A stretch of 64,000 nucleotides of DNA from Deltaproteobacteria bacterium (lineage in GTDB: Bacteria; Myxococcota; SpSt-1050; JACRCP01): the NCBI GenBank assembly GCA_016218965.1, contig JACRCP010000248.1, positions 10,517 to 74,516 on the forward strand. The letters are read 5' to 3'. Position numbers and translations under genes: made by a program. The notes beneath the pieces were generated by a model. That model saw nothing but the letters and a program-made list of their open reading frames with translations. It searched no databases and was not told where the DNA came from. Shown here piece after piece: positions 45,000 to 55,160 of this stretch. The first letter of the stretch is position 1; every line of letters begins with the position of its first letter.

Positions 45000-46727
45000 A
45001 TGGCTGACAGCAGGGCCGACCTGGCCCGCATCGATCTGGCCGCATCGATCGATCAGAAGGACTTCACCGCGCTTCCGCTCCAGCGGAGGCTCGAGCTGCT
45101 CCCGTACCTGCCGCCGTCAAGAAGGCGCAACTACGTCCTGGCCTGCGAGGACTCGAAGGCCCTCGTTGAGGCCATGCAACCGCAGGACCTTTTCCTTACG
45201 ATCAAGGAGATCGGGCTCCACGACGCCGCCGAGATCGTGGGGCTTGCGAGCCCCGAGCAGTTCCAGAACTGCCTGGACCTCGACTGCTGGAACAGGGACG
45301 TGATCGACGCGGAGACCTCGTGGCAGTGGCTGACGGTCCTGTCGGAGGCGGGCCTGGACGTGCTCATGGGCAAGGTCGGCGCCCTCGACTTCGAGGTCGG
45401 GATCGCGCTCTTCGCGGAGCACGTCAAGGTGTACGTTGCGAAGGAGGATTTCGATCCGGACGAGGGCGTCCCGCCCGGGAGTTTCACGGCGGACGGTGTT
45501 TACCACCTCGTGATCGACGCGTCCCCGGACCGGGTCGAACTCATCGAGAAGATGGTGACAGACCTGTTCCACCGCGACTCGGATCTGTACCTCCGGCTGC
45601 TCAGCGCGGTCCGGGACGGGATGAACGCTCCTGTGCAGGAGGAGGCCCTCAGGTGGAGGACCGCGCGCCTTGCCGACCTCGGGTTCCCCGACTACGTCGA
45701 GTCGCTCAAGGTCTACTCGCGGCCCGACAAGAAAAAGGAGCGGCGCGACCTCCGCTCCGCGGTCCCCAAGGGCGACGTTCCCCCTTCGTTTGCCATCATC
45801 CGGCACGACGGCCTGTCGGTGGTCCCTCTCGACGCCGCGGCAAGGGTCGACTCCGACGACGCGGCGGCCGTGGCCGCGGGGGCCGCATACCTTGTGAACT
45901 GGCTCGCGGTCGCCGATCGGGTGGACCCCGGCGATGTGACGCAGGTTCGCGAGCTGATGGAAAAGGCGCGCGGGTACGTGTCGATCGGGCTGCACGAGAT
46001 TGGGGGTGATCCGGCCAGGACACTCGCTTCGACGCCGATGCTCGACATCTTCAGAACGGGATTTGCCAGGGCAAAGGACCTTGCCGACAGGGCAAAAAGG
46101 ATCGTCGCCGAGCACCCCCTCATCGCGGGAGACAAAAAGGCCCTCCGCCTCGACGAGGTGAGCCGCGAGACCGTAGCGGCCCTGCTCCAGCCCAGGCCCC
46201 TCCTCTACCTCGGCGCGGTCAAGGACGGTGCGGCGGGCATGGGGCATTTTTCGTCCGCGCATGACGTCGCCGCCATCTCCGGTCTTCTCGACAAGGTCGA
46301 CGCCTCGGCCGAGGTATTCGGGACGGTGCTCAAGATATTCAAGAAGGACCTCCTGGCCCTCGATCTCAAGGGGCTCAACGTCCCGATCCGCGACGATCTC
46401 ACCGTGAGCCGGGTGTTCAACACCGCGGTGGCGCAGAAGGCGCTGAAAGACGCCTTCGTCCTTGAGCCCGTCGCAGCCGGTGACCTCGCAAAACTCCACG
46501 GCCTTCTCTTCGTGCGGTCCGGAGACGGATGGGACATCGCGCCGTCGGCGGCTGAGACCGTCAAAGACATCATGGAAGTGGTCGAACGGAAGCGCCCCGA
46601 CCTCCGCCGGCCCGCCATGCAGTTCATGAACGCCTGCCTCGAGGACCTGCGCGACAGTCTCGCCCACGTGGACTTCTCGAAAGAGGTCAAACCCGACTTC
46701 ATCGGGTCGCTCATCATCAGGAAATGA
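45000..46727 (+). CDS. Hypothetical protein (575 aa, alpha-helical, no recognised motif; possibly a Myxococcota-restricted DUF)
   Basis: Long open frame with coding-like GC3 bias, ATGA-coupled to the downstream DUF72 gene. Confidence 0.65.
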   Translation: MADSRADLARIDLAASIDQKDFTALPLQRRLELLPYLPPSRRRNYVLACEDSKALVEAMQPQDLFLTIKEIGLHDAAEIVGLASPEQFQNCLDLDCWNRDVIDAETSWQWLTVLSEAGLDVLMGKVGALDFEVGIALFAEHVKVYVAKEDFDPDEGVPPGSFTADGVYHLVIDASPDRVELIEKMVTDLFHRDSDLYLRLLSAVRDGMNAPVQEEALRWRTARLADLGFPDYVESLKVYSRPDKKKERRDLRSAVPKGDVPPSFAIIRHDGLSVVPLDAAARVDSDDAAAVAAGAAYLVNWLAVADRVDPGDVTQVRELMEKARGYVSIGLHEIGGDPARTLASTPMLDIFRTGFARAKDLADRAKRIVAEHPLIAGDKKALRLDEVSRETVAALLQPRPLLYLGAVKDGAAGMGHFSSAHDVAAISGLLDKVDASAEVFGTVLKIFKKDLLALDLKGLNVPIRDDLTVSRVFNTAVAQKALKDAFVLEPVAAGDLAKLHGLLFVRSGDGWDIAPSAAETVKDIMEVVERKRPDLRRPAMQFMNACLEDLRDSLAHVDFSKEVKPDFIGSLIIRK

Positions 46728-47533
46728 CAGTCATGCCCTGCCGCGTGTACATCGGCACGTCGGGCTATTCGTACGCCGATTGGCGGGGGGTGTTCTACCC
46801 GCCTTCGCTCGCCCAATCATCATTTTTGGAATTTTACTCCCGCCGGTTTCCCTGCGTCGAGTTGAACTACACCTACTACCGGATGCCCGACGCCGAAACG
46901 CTTTCGCGGATGGAGCAGAAGACCCCCGCGGGCTTCATCTTCACAATCAAGGCCCACCGCGAGATGACGCACGAGATTGACGACGTCAAGGCCGTGGAGA
47001 TCTGCAACCTGTACCTGAATGCCCTGGAACCGCTTGCTCGTGCGGGGAAACTCGGCTGCGTTCTCTTGCAGTTCCCGACGTCGTTTCACTACACCGACGC
47101 GAACCGCCGGCGCCTTGCAAAGCTCCTGGATATGCTCTCTTCATTGCCGCTGGCGGTGGAGTTTCGCGGGGGGGACTGGCTTCGTGACAGGGTCTACACG
47201 GGCCTGACGAAAAAGAACGCCGCGTTCGTCTGTGTGGACGAGCCGGCCCTTCCCGGGCTCATCCCCCCGCTGGAAGTCGTGACCGCGGATATCGGCTACG
47301 TCCGTTTCCACGGCCGGAACGGCGAAAACTGGTGGAGCGGCGACTCGGCGTCCCGCTACGACTACCGCTACACCGCGGCCGAGCTTGGCGAGTGGGCCCC
47401 GCGCCTGAAAAAAATCGCCTCGGAGACCGAAAAGGCCTTTGTCTTCATGAACAACCACTGGCAGGGCAAGGCCGCCGAAGCCGCCGTGATGCTCAAGGAG
47501 ATCCTCGAAAACGAGGGCCTCGAAACGGCATGA
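46724..47533 (+). CDS. DUF72 (UPF0759/TM1631-like) family protein
   Basis: N-terminal 'YIGTSGYSYADW' and the 'RFHGRN' region typical of DUF72. Confidence 0.8.
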   Translation: MTVMPCRVYIGTSGYSYADWRGVFYPPSLAQSSFLEFYSRRFPCVELNYTYYRMPDAETLSRMEQKTPAGFIFTIKAHREMTHEIDDVKAVEICNLYLNALEPLARAGKLGCVLLQFPTSFHYTDANRRRLAKLLDMLSSLPLAVEFRGGDWLRDRVYTGLTKKNAAFVCVDEPALPGLIPPLEVVTADIGYVRFHGRNGENWWSGDSASRYDYRYTAAELGEWAPRLKKIASETEKAFVFMNNHWQGKAAEAAVMLKEILENEGLETA

Positions 47534-47621
47534 GGTCCGCTGTTGGCGTGAGGTCCGCTTGCGCCCGGGGGCCGGGGCGTGTAGGCTGGCGCGGCCGTCG
47601 AGGGAGTCCTGGAGGGACCGA

Positions 47622-48620
47622 ATGTTTGCGAGCGCGTATCAGCTGGGCGCCGAGTTCTCCGCGCGGGCGAGGCACTTCGGGCAGCCGCTGTTCGTGCTCG
47701 CGCACCAGGACGACGAGCTCAACTACGCGGGCCTGATCTCGCGGCTGGGACCCAAGACCCGCTTCGTCTGGGTCACCAACGGCGACGGCCTCTACCAGGA
47801 ATCGAACCTCGGTCCCGGAAAATACGGCGACCTCCGGATGGCAGAGGCCGTCCGTTCGGTCGCTGCGGCCCGAATCCCCGAACAGAACACTCGGTTCCTC
47901 AAGTTCTCGGAGGTCGAGATCTACCGGCACCTGGCGGAGATCTATGGCGAGGCTGGAGGCATCCACCTTCGCCATCCAACTTCGCCAAGGCTTCGTCGGG
48001 CAAGAGGCTACGGCGGACAAGGGAGGCTGGGGGCGGGAGGTATCGGAGAGCCGCATCGCGTGTTCTTCGACCGGATCCGCGTGGCTGTTCGCAATGCCCT
48101 CTTCGAGATCGATCCCGACGTCGTTTTCACTCTCGCCTGGCAGGGGGGCCAGCCCGAGCACGACCTCACGCACCTCTTCACGATGCTTGCCATCCACGAT
48201 TTCAGGCGCGAACGCGGCGGCAAGGTCGAGTTCTTCCACCTGCCGGAGTACGAGTACACGATACTGCTCGCGATGCGGTTCCACCCGTTTTACCGCGGTG
48301 TGAGATACCGGATACGCCTGACCGACGATGAGATGGCGGTCAAGCAGAAGATGATTGACGCGTACGCGTCGCAGGCTCGCCTGTTCGGTGAGTTCCGCAA
48401 GGTCTTCACATACATCGGCCGTGTCGGGCGGTTCGTCGGCGGGCCGAAGAGCGCCGAAGAATACCTGTCGACCGAGGAATTCGGTCCCGTCCCCGCGGAT
48501 CTCGACTACACGGCAAAACCGCACTCCCTGGACTACTTCACATACATGTTCGACCATTTCGAAGGCACGCCGGTCACGTTTTCCCGGTCCATCCGCCCGA
48601 TCGTGGGGACTTTCATATGA
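47622..48620 (+). CDS. PIG-L/LmbE-family N-acetylglucosaminyl deacetylase-like protein carrying an in-frame ~28-aa Gly/Arg-rich insertion
   Basis: 'FVLAHQDDE' matches the PIG-L (L/V)xxAHPDDE zinc motif. Residues encoded by 47958-48045 (GGIHLRHPTSPRLRRARGYGGQGRLGAGG) correspond to a DNA repeat that recurs downstream. Confidence 0.7.
   Translation: MFASAYQLGAEFSARARHFGQPLFVLAHQDDELNYAGLISRLGPKTRFVWVTNGDGLYQESNLGPGKYGDLRMAEAVRSVAAARIPEQNTRFLKFSEVEIYRHLAEIYGEAGGIHLRHPTSPRLRRARGYGGQGRLGAGGIGEPHRVFFDRIRVAVRNALFEIDPDVVFTLAWQGGQPEHDLTHLFTMLAIHDFRRERGGKVEFFHLPEYEYTILLAMRFHPFYRGVRYRIRLTDDEMAVKQKMIDAYASQARLFGEFRKVFTYIGRVGRFVGGPKSAEEYLSTEEFGPVPADLDYTAKPHSLDYFTYMFDHFEGTPVTFSRSIRPIVGTFI
47958..48045. repeat. 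Copy A of a ~90-nt repeat (AGGCATCCRCCTYCGCCATCCAACTTCGCCAMGGYTTCGYCGRGCAAGAGGCTACGGCGGACRAGKGAGGC...), in-frame inside the PIG-L CDS
   Basis: About 89% identical over ~71 nt to copy B at 48624-48728. Both end in a (GGAGGCN)-type heptamer tract. Confidence 0.7.
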
Positions 48621-48623
48621 CAG

Positions 48624-48728
48624 GCATCCGCCTCCGCCATCCAACTTCGCCACGGTTTCGCCGAGCAAGAGGCTACGGCGGACGAGTGAGGCGCGAGGCA
48701 TGAGGCAGCAGGCGAAAGGCGGGAGGCG
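48624..48728. repeat. Copy B of the ~90-nt repeat, intergenic; its 3' heptamer tract (gaggcgc gaggcat gaggcag caggcga aaggcgg gaggcgg) provides the ATG and first codons of the downstream Omp85-like gene
   Basis: Direct comparison with copy A. The tandem 7-nt register is visible. Confidence 0.7.
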
Positions 48729-50319
48729 GACAGTCACGACATTCATTGTTGCGTGGTGCCTTGCGGCTTCGGTTGCCGGGGCGGCGGAAAAGGCGCGCGA
48801 GCCGGCAGTACTGTTCCACGGCAACGTCGTGTTTCTCGAACCCGTCCTCTTGGGCCAGATGGGGATTGACGGCGCGGCCGTCCCGTCCGCCAGGGAGATG
48901 GCCGCGGGGATCGAAAGGCTTTACGCGTTCTACCGGAAGAGCGGGTACGTGCTTGTCGACATGCACTACCGCAAGAGAGGGCCCACCTGGCACGTCTTCA
49001 TCGACGAGGGGAAGCTCGATCGCATCATCATCATCGGCACGGGTTCGATTCGAACCGTTCTCATAAGGCAGAGCATCCACCTGCCGTACAAGGTCTTCAA
49101 CAAGGCACAGATCGAGAAGGACATTGAAGCCATCAAGAAAAAACACGGGATCCCCCGCATCGACTACAAGGTGGTCGAGCTCGAAGAGGTCGCCCACGAG
49201 GGCTTCCAGATCCCCGAATGGCTCACCGCCACGGGCCATGACATACTGCCCCCGGCGCTCTCGTTCGAGCCGCGCGCCCGCTACGACCTGCGCATCCACG
49301 TACGCAGCAGCGAGTGGGGCACGGGGTTCGGCTGGGGTCTCGACTACACCTCGCTGGGGATCTCCGCCCACGCCGACTACAGCGGCGAGTCGGCACTGTT
49401 TGAAAAGGACCGCCAGCGCCTGCTGGTGGCCGCCGGCGGCGACCGCCGGAGCCGGATTGACGACGGGAACGACTACCTTACGTTCGCACAGGGGACCGTC
49501 GAGGTCGAGTATTTCCTCCCGCCCATTGCAAAGACCCGCATCCGGCCGCAGTTGGTTTCGCGCAGCGACATCGCCAACTGGCAGCGCAAGGACCTCCCGC
49601 TGGAGCTCTATTGGTTTTTCAAGGAAGAGCTCTCGGCAAACGCGCAGTTCGAGCCTTTCACGAGTTTCACGCTCTCGCTCGGCGCCGGGAGCCAGTTCAA
49701 CAACCTTTTCGGCTTGGAGACTGTCGAAAGCAGACCGATGGAGGCGCCGGTGGCCGAAGGCCCCTTCCAGCGCTGGTTCGTCGCGGGGACCGTGGAATAC
49801 CAGTTTGACGAACTGATGCTGCGCAAGGACCAGCGGCACTCAGTCTTCGGAAAGGCCAGCCACTACTTCGGCGGGAGCCGCAACACTACGGGCGCCTTTG
49901 AGATCGAGTACCAGAAGGTCTTTCTGTTCGGGTACGACGACCTGACGCTAAAAACCGCAGGCCTCTACATGTGGGGCGATCCGGTCTTCCACGAGGAATA
50001 CCGGTTGACGTGGGGGCCGTTCTCGTCGAGCTTCGACAACATGTTCTACGTCCGGAGAGCCGCGTACCAGGCGGCGGACTACGGCATGTCTTTGTACCAC
50101 GAGGTCGTGACGCTCCACGTATTCTGCGACCTGGCGGCGTTCGGCAGGATTTCGAGAAAGGACAACTCCGAGGAGTTGGCCGGCGCCCTCTCGGCCGGCC
50201 CCGGCCTGTCGCTTCTTCTGTACGACACCTTCATGTTCAGGCTCCACTACGCCTACGGCCGCGCCACCACCGGCGACTCCGGCTGGGAACTAGGGATGAG
50301 CTTCAGGAAGGTGTTTTGA
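48700..50319 (+). CDS. Omp85/BamA-superfamily outer-membrane protein with one N-terminal POTRA-like domain
   Basis: Signal peptide. POTRA-like segment (IERLYAFYRKSGYVLVDMHYRKRGPTWHVFIDEGKLDRIIIIGTGS). Long region with beta-strand periodicity and a C-terminal '...MSFRKVF' aromatic terminus. Confidence 0.7.
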   Translation: MRQQAKGGRRTVTTFIVAWCLAASVAGAAEKAREPAVLFHGNVVFLEPVLLGQMGIDGAAVPSAREMAAGIERLYAFYRKSGYVLVDMHYRKRGPTWHVFIDEGKLDRIIIIGTGSIRTVLIRQSIHLPYKVFNKAQIEKDIEAIKKKHGIPRIDYKVVELEEVAHEGFQIPEWLTATGHDILPPALSFEPRARYDLRIHVRSSEWGTGFGWGLDYTSLGISAHADYSGESALFEKDRQRLLVAAGGDRRSRIDDGNDYLTFAQGTVEVEYFLPPIAKTRIRPQLVSRSDIANWQRKDLPLELYWFFKEELSANAQFEPFTSFTLSLGAGSQFNNLFGLETVESRPMEAPVAEGPFQRWFVAGTVEYQFDELMLRKDQRHSVFGKASHYFGGSRNTTGAFEIEYQKVFLFGYDDLTLKTAGLYMWGDPVFHEEYRLTWGPFSSSFDNMFYVRRAAYQAADYGMSLYHEVVTLHVFCDLAAFGRISRKDNSEELAGALSAGPGLSLLLYDTFMFRLHYAYGRATTGDSGWELGMSFRKVF

Positions 50320-50414
50320 AGAAGGCAGGAGGCAGGAGGCGGAAGGTCGGGTGAATCGCGGGCCGATTGGTGGTATGATATCGGCCGTACCGGGACTCCT
50401 ACGGAGGGCGAGCC

Positions 50415-52940
50415 ATGCGAAAAGGAATCACCGCGTGCGCCTGGGCGGGGTTTGTCGTGGCCGCGATTTTTGTGGCGTCGGCGTGCAACAACGCCGCGGA
50501 CAGTTCGGGCTGCAGCCAGGATCGGGACTGCGAAGGCGGAAAGGTCTGCATTCAGGGCGTCTGCCGCGCGCCGGGCCTCGGGCCGTTCCGGGACGGGGGA
50601 GGAGCGCGGGACGAAGGCACGGAGGACGAAGGGACGACGGACGACGGGCCCGCCGGAGACGCGGGAGACACGGTAGGACCTGACGCCGCGCTGGCGCCCG
50701 AGGCCGGTTCCGATGGGTCGGATCCGTCCGATTCGTCCTATCCGTCCGATGCGTCCGACGCCTCGCCGGACGGACCCGGTGACGGGTCGGAAACCGGCGA
50801 CACAGGCTCGCCGGATGCCGGCTCCGACGCCGGGGGAATCCCCCCCAAGACCTGCGGGCGGCCGGACCCGTATCCCCAGCCCGACATGACGCCCGAGGAC
50901 CCGGCGTTCGTCATTCCGCCGGAGTTCTGCCAAAGCGGCGTGTTCTTGCGTTTTGATTCGCAGAACGGCTACGCCCTGACCCCGTTCCCCAACAATTTCT
51001 ACACCGAGTACGATGCCGACACGTCCACGTGCATGCGGCTTGCTTTCGAGGGGCGCATCGGCCCAAACGAGGGGACGTTCACGACGTACCCCGAGACAAG
51101 GGCCCAGCTCGAGGCGCTTGAAGGTTTTTCGACGAGCTCGCGCATAAGCTTCATCGCGAGCGATCAACTGGAAAACAGCTATCTTGTGCCGGGATCGCTC
51201 AAGTACTTCGACCCCGAAAAGAGCGACCTGCCCGACGCCGCAATGATCATCATCAACGCCGACCCGGGTTCCCCCGAATACGGCAGGCTCCACAAGTACC
51301 TCGTCCAGGAAACTTGGGACCCCGACAGGGAAGGCGTCGCCGGCGAACACCTGCTTCTACTGCACCCGCTCGAGCCCCTTCTTTCCAAGACTAGATACGC
51401 CGCAATCGCCACCACCAGGGTGCCTACGAAATCCGGGGGGTGCCTCGGCCCGGACCGGCGGATGGCGATGCTTCTTCTGGGAAAGGCAAAGGGAGTCGGC
51501 ATCAACCGGTTGCAGCCGGACGTGGACCCGCTGTTTGACCTGCTTGCGCAGAAGAACATTCCGATTGCGAAAAAGGACGTGGCGGCGCTCACAATCTTCA
51601 ACACGATGGACGTTCGCCGCGACACGCTCTACATCTTTGACAAGGTCCGCCGCGAGACGGCGGCAAACCCACCGGACTACGTGCCCGGAAGCCTCACCTG
51701 GAGCTACCCACAAAAGACCGGGATCGGCGTCCAGATCAACGGCAAAATACAGGTGCCGACGTACCGCAATCCCGAGACGGGGCTTCTGGCGCTCGACGGC
51801 TCCGGCAACCCGGTGCAGAACACGACAACGGAGATCGAGTTCGCGGTCCGTTACCCAAAGGACGTACCGCCGCCGTACCGGATGTTCGTCTATCACCACG
51901 GCCTGGCCGGCAAGTGGGGCGAGTTTGGCGGGGTTTCGGAGCGCCTTGCGCAGGAGAGCATCCTTGCGGGCAAGGAGGGGTGGGCGACCGCGGCCATATC
52001 GACCATCCACCACGGCGAGCGCTGCACGACCGAGCCGAGGTGCAAGCCCGCCGACTGCAAGTCATGCGGCGAGGGGACGACGGCCGATGCCATGGCAATA
52101 TTCCATTTCTTCGCCATAGACGGGAAGAACTTCAACATGGAGTTCGCCCGCGAGAACTTCAGGCAGGACTATATTGACTGGCTCTACTTCATCCGATTCC
52201 TGACGAGGCCGCAGGGCCTGGACTTTTTGCCCGAAGGCGCGCCCGACGGCGTGCCCGAGGTCAAGGTCGAGCACGTGGGCTATACCGGCCTGTCGCTGGG
52301 AGGGTGCATGGGCGGGGGGATCGTGCCGCTGGTTTCCGAGATCGAAGTCGGGCAGATCAACGTCGGCGGCGGGGGCCTAACCGACATCCTGCTCAACTCC
52401 ACGATCTTCGGGTCATTCATCCTGCTCCTCAAACCCCAGGGGAGTTCGAGCTTCGACATCGACTATTTCTTCCCCATCATCCAGACCATCTTCGACCCTG
52501 CGGACCCCGTCAACTACGCGATCGGCATGTTCCATGAACCGTTTGCGGAAATCGGTGCGAAGGCAAAACCGGTGATCTTCGAGATGGTCGAGGGCGACCT
52601 GTTCGTGCCCAACTACACCAACGAGATGCTGGGTCGCGCCGCCCGCACCGTGCAAGTCGGGAAGCAGTACCACGACGTGCCCGGCATGGAGGCCGGGCCT
52701 CCCATCCCGGTTTCGGCCAACCTTCCCAGCGGCCTCACCACGGGGTACTTCCAGTTCAAGGAGTCGTGCACCGAGGACGGGTCGAAGAACTTTTTGAACT
52801 TCAACCACGGCGACATGCTCAACTCGCCCAACGGCGCAGTACAGTGGCGCCATTGGTTCAGGACGTTCTACGACACAGGGACGGCCGAGATTCTCGACCC
52901 GTACGAGCAGCCGCCGTTCGCGGGGAAGTGCCGGCAGTGA
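50415..52940 (+). CDS. Secreted lipoprotein alpha/beta-hydrolase (lipase/esterase-like), paralogue 1
   Basis: Lipobox (FVASAC), a long D/G/S/E-rich low-complexity linker, and a GYTGLSLGG nucleophile elbow with Asp and His candidates downstream. Confidence 0.75.
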   Translation: MRKGITACAWAGFVVAAIFVASACNNAADSSGCSQDRDCEGGKVCIQGVCRAPGLGPFRDGGGARDEGTEDEGTTDDGPAGDAGDTVGPDAALAPEAGSDGSDPSDSSYPSDASDASPDGPGDGSETGDTGSPDAGSDAGGIPPKTCGRPDPYPQPDMTPEDPAFVIPPEFCQSGVFLRFDSQNGYALTPFPNNFYTEYDADTSTCMRLAFEGRIGPNEGTFTTYPETRAQLEALEGFSTSSRISFIASDQLENSYLVPGSLKYFDPEKSDLPDAAMIIINADPGSPEYGRLHKYLVQETWDPDREGVAGEHLLLLHPLEPLLSKTRYAAIATTRVPTKSGGCLGPDRRMAMLLLGKAKGVGINRLQPDVDPLFDLLAQKNIPIAKKDVAALTIFNTMDVRRDTLYIFDKVRRETAANPPDYVPGSLTWSYPQKTGIGVQINGKIQVPTYRNPETGLLALDGSGNPVQNTTTEIEFAVRYPKDVPPPYRMFVYHHGLAGKWGEFGGVSERLAQESILAGKEGWATAAISTIHHGERCTTEPRCKPADCKSCGEGTTADAMAIFHFFAIDGKNFNMEFARENFRQDYIDWLYFIRFLTRPQGLDFLPEGAPDGVPEVKVEHVGYTGLSLGGCMGGGIVPLVSEIEVGQINVGGGGLTDILLNSTIFGSFILLLKPQGSSSFDIDYFFPIIQTIFDPADPVNYAIGMFHEPFAEIGAKAKPVIFEMVEGDLFVPNYTNEMLGRAARTVQVGKQYHDVPGMEAGPPIPVSANLPSGLTTGYFQFKESCTEDGSKNFLNFNHGDMLNSPNGAVQWRHWFRTFYDTGTAEILDPYEQPPFAGKCRQ

Positions 52941-53012
52941 CGCACGACTGACGACTCACGACTGACGACCTACGACTCTGAAGGACTGTCTCGCGCCTCC
53001 CGCCTCATGCCT
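52941..53012. repeat. Copy 2 of the composite heptamer element: (TSACGAC)x5 followed by (revcomp of GGAGGCN)x4, located between the convergent hydrolase paralogues
   Basis: 'gcacgac tgacgac tcacgac tgacgac ctacgac' ... 'ctcgcgcctcccgcctcatgcctcctgcc'. Its reverse complement has the same architecture as 28186-28345. Confidence 0.55.
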
Positions 53013-53025
53013 CCTGCCTTGTGAC

Positions 53026-55137
53026 CTACTCCGGGTCGCAAGGGCCGTCGCACGTCTGCGTAACTTCGCCGGTCGAAAGGAAGCTCCTCACCTGTTCTAG
53101 GACATTTGGCTGCCAGCACATGTCGCTGTGGACGTTGTTCTCGGCCGTGGGCATGGTGTTGTCGTCGGGGGGCATGTACTTCGCCGTCTGCTCCTTGAGG
53201 TGGTACTGCACGATCGCGGAGCCGCTGAAGGGCGACGCGATCTGTGGAAGCCCGAAGATGACCGAATCGCCGGGGGTCATCGCCGACAGGCCAATCGCGC
53301 GGGCGAGCATTTCGGTCGTGAGGTTGGGAACCTGGCAATCGCCGATCGACTCTTGAATTACGACCGCCCTCCCCTGCGGCGCGTCGGGGAGCCGGGACTT
53401 GAACATCAGTTTCGTCAGGTTCACCGGGTCCGAGTGGTCAAAACGCATCTGCATGAAGAAGATCCCGAGCTGGCGGATCAACGGGTCGGGGTATTCGGTG
53501 TCGAAGAAAGGCTTGATGGCCGCCCAGACGCGTGATCGAGGCAGCATGCTCGACCAAGCGCAGCCGGGCACGGCGAGGACACCGCGCTGCACCCTGTTCG
53601 AGATCGAGATGAACGACGAGCCCTGAATCCCGCCCAGGCTCACGCCGTAGTAGTAGACGCGCGACGGGTCGAGCAGGTCATGGCCGTCCGGCTTCATCTC
53701 GGGGTCGAACTGGAGGCTCCTGAAGGCCAGCTCGGTCATCACAAGGTTGTTGATGAGCGACTGCTGGAGGCGGTCGGTGACGACGCCGATCTGGCTGGTG
53801 TCGGGGATGACCTGATCGATGATGATCTGAAGGTCCACGTGCGACAGCCCTATCCAGTCGGTCGCAATCACGACTGCGCCCGCCTCCTGCGCCATCGGCT
53901 GGACGACGTCGCGTCCGATGCCGCCCTTGAGATAGTCGCGCCCCTCGCCGAAAATCCCGTGTCCGAATACGGTCAGCGGCACAGGCCCGGTTGCGGTCGA
54001 GACACTCTTGGGGACGATCATCGTGTACGGAAAGCTCTGTGATTGTGCCTGAAGCACGGGCCGGTGGTCCGCGTCGAATTCAAACGTGTTTTCGCTCGTG
54101 ATGAACGTCGGGACAGTGAAGTCCCCCCAGACCAGCTTCGAAACGTTTTCGTTCGGGTCCGTCTCGACGCCTTCGACGGTGTACGAGACGCCGTCTTTGA
54201 CGATCTCGAACGCCTTCTCCCGCATCGAGAGCACCGGGCCCAGCATCCACTCGTCGCTCGCGACCGTGAAATCCCACGCCATGAGAAGGTTGTCTCTTGC
54301 ATACCCGTTGGCCGAAAGGAACTCGAACAAAAGGTCGAAGCGCGGCCGGGCGTTCTCGATGATGTCATTTGTCGTTAGCACGCCGTCGCGAAGGGCCGCG
54401 AACGCCGGCGGAGACCTGTAGGAGTTCCCGTCGGCCTTCTTGAGACCATTTGCGAACGCGATCGCGTGTCTGTCCCCGGCCCCCATCGGTTCGAGCGGCC
54501 GGACAATGAGGGCGTATCGCTTCTGGTAGTCGTCGGAACGGTTGGCGTCCATCTCGGACATGAACATGACCCGCCTGCCGGTGTTCAGGTTGAAAAGGGC
54601 AATCGGGGCGTCGGGGGCGAGCGACCGCTCGACCTCGCGCTGGCCGACGAGCTGGGCGGGGTCGGCGTCGGCGGTGAAATGGACGAGTATCGGCGAAACC
54701 GGCGAAACGCCGTCGCCGAGGTTGACCGACGCGATGTCGTACGTGGTTTCGCCGTCGGCGTTCGGGAGGACGTCGCCCGGGTAGTTCAAGCGGACACCGG
54801 TAGGACTCGTCGCGTCGGCCTTCTCGAAAAACGAGCTCGGCACCGGGAATACGCACTCGTTGCTGGTCGCAAACGGGTTGCAGCCGGGCTTGAGGTCGAG
54901 CGTCACCCGCTCGGCAAGCCCCGCATCGGCGCCGGTGTCGTCTGCGGCCGCGGCGTCGGAGGCCGCGCCGCCACGGTCTTCCGTCGTCGATCCCCCGTCA
55001 GCGGGAGCTCCCGCGTCTTCCGTCTCCACCTCGCGCGCGGCGCCGCAGGCAAACGAAACCATGCCAGACAGGAGTACAAAGAGGGTGGCACGGACAAACT
55101 CGTTTGTCCGTGTGGGACTACGGTGGTTCGAGGTCAT
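53026..55137 (-). CDS. Secreted lipoprotein alpha/beta-hydrolase, paralogue 2
   Basis: Start at MTSNHRS...SFAC (lipobox), a D/G/A-rich linker, a GVSLGG nucleophile elbow, and the same domain order as 50415-52940. Confidence 0.75.
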   Translation of the reverse strand: MTSNHRSPTRTNEFVRATLFVLLSGMVSFACGAAREVETEDAGAPADGGSTTEDRGGAASDAAAADDTGADAGLAERVTLDLKPGCNPFATSNECVFPVPSSFFEKADATSPTGVRLNYPGDVLPNADGETTYDIASVNLGDGVSPVSPILVHFTADADPAQLVGQREVERSLAPDAPIALFNLNTGRRVMFMSEMDANRSDDYQKRYALIVRPLEPMGAGDRHAIAFANGLKKADGNSYRSPPAFAALRDGVLTTNDIIENARPRFDLLFEFLSANGYARDNLLMAWDFTVASDEWMLGPVLSMREKAFEIVKDGVSYTVEGVETDPNENVSKLVWGDFTVPTFITSENTFEFDADHRPVLQAQSQSFPYTMIVPKSVSTATGPVPLTVFGHGIFGEGRDYLKGGIGRDVVQPMAQEAGAVVIATDWIGLSHVDLQIIIDQVIPDTSQIGVVTDRLQQSLINNLVMTELAFRSLQFDPEMKPDGHDLLDPSRVYYYGVSLGGIQGSSFISISNRVQRGVLAVPGCAWSSMLPRSRVWAAIKPFFDTEYPDPLIRQLGIFFMQMRFDHSDPVNLTKLMFKSRLPDAPQGRAVVIQESIGDCQVPNLTTEMLARAIGLSAMTPGDSVIFGLPQIASPFSGSAIVQYHLKEQTAKYMPPDDNTMPTAENNVHSDMCWQPNVLEQVRSFLSTGEVTQTCDGPCDPE

Positions 55138-55160
55138 CAGTCCTCCTGGATTGACCGCAC

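Noticed and set aside
47533-47621. Direct repeat TGAGGTCCGCT x2 and GC-rich 'GTAGGCTGG...GGAGTCCTGGAGGGACC' upstream of the PIG-L gene
   Set aside because: It probably belongs to the same GGAGNCN-type heptamer family, but it is too short and degenerate to delimit as a separate element. It is mentioned under the heptamer finding instead.
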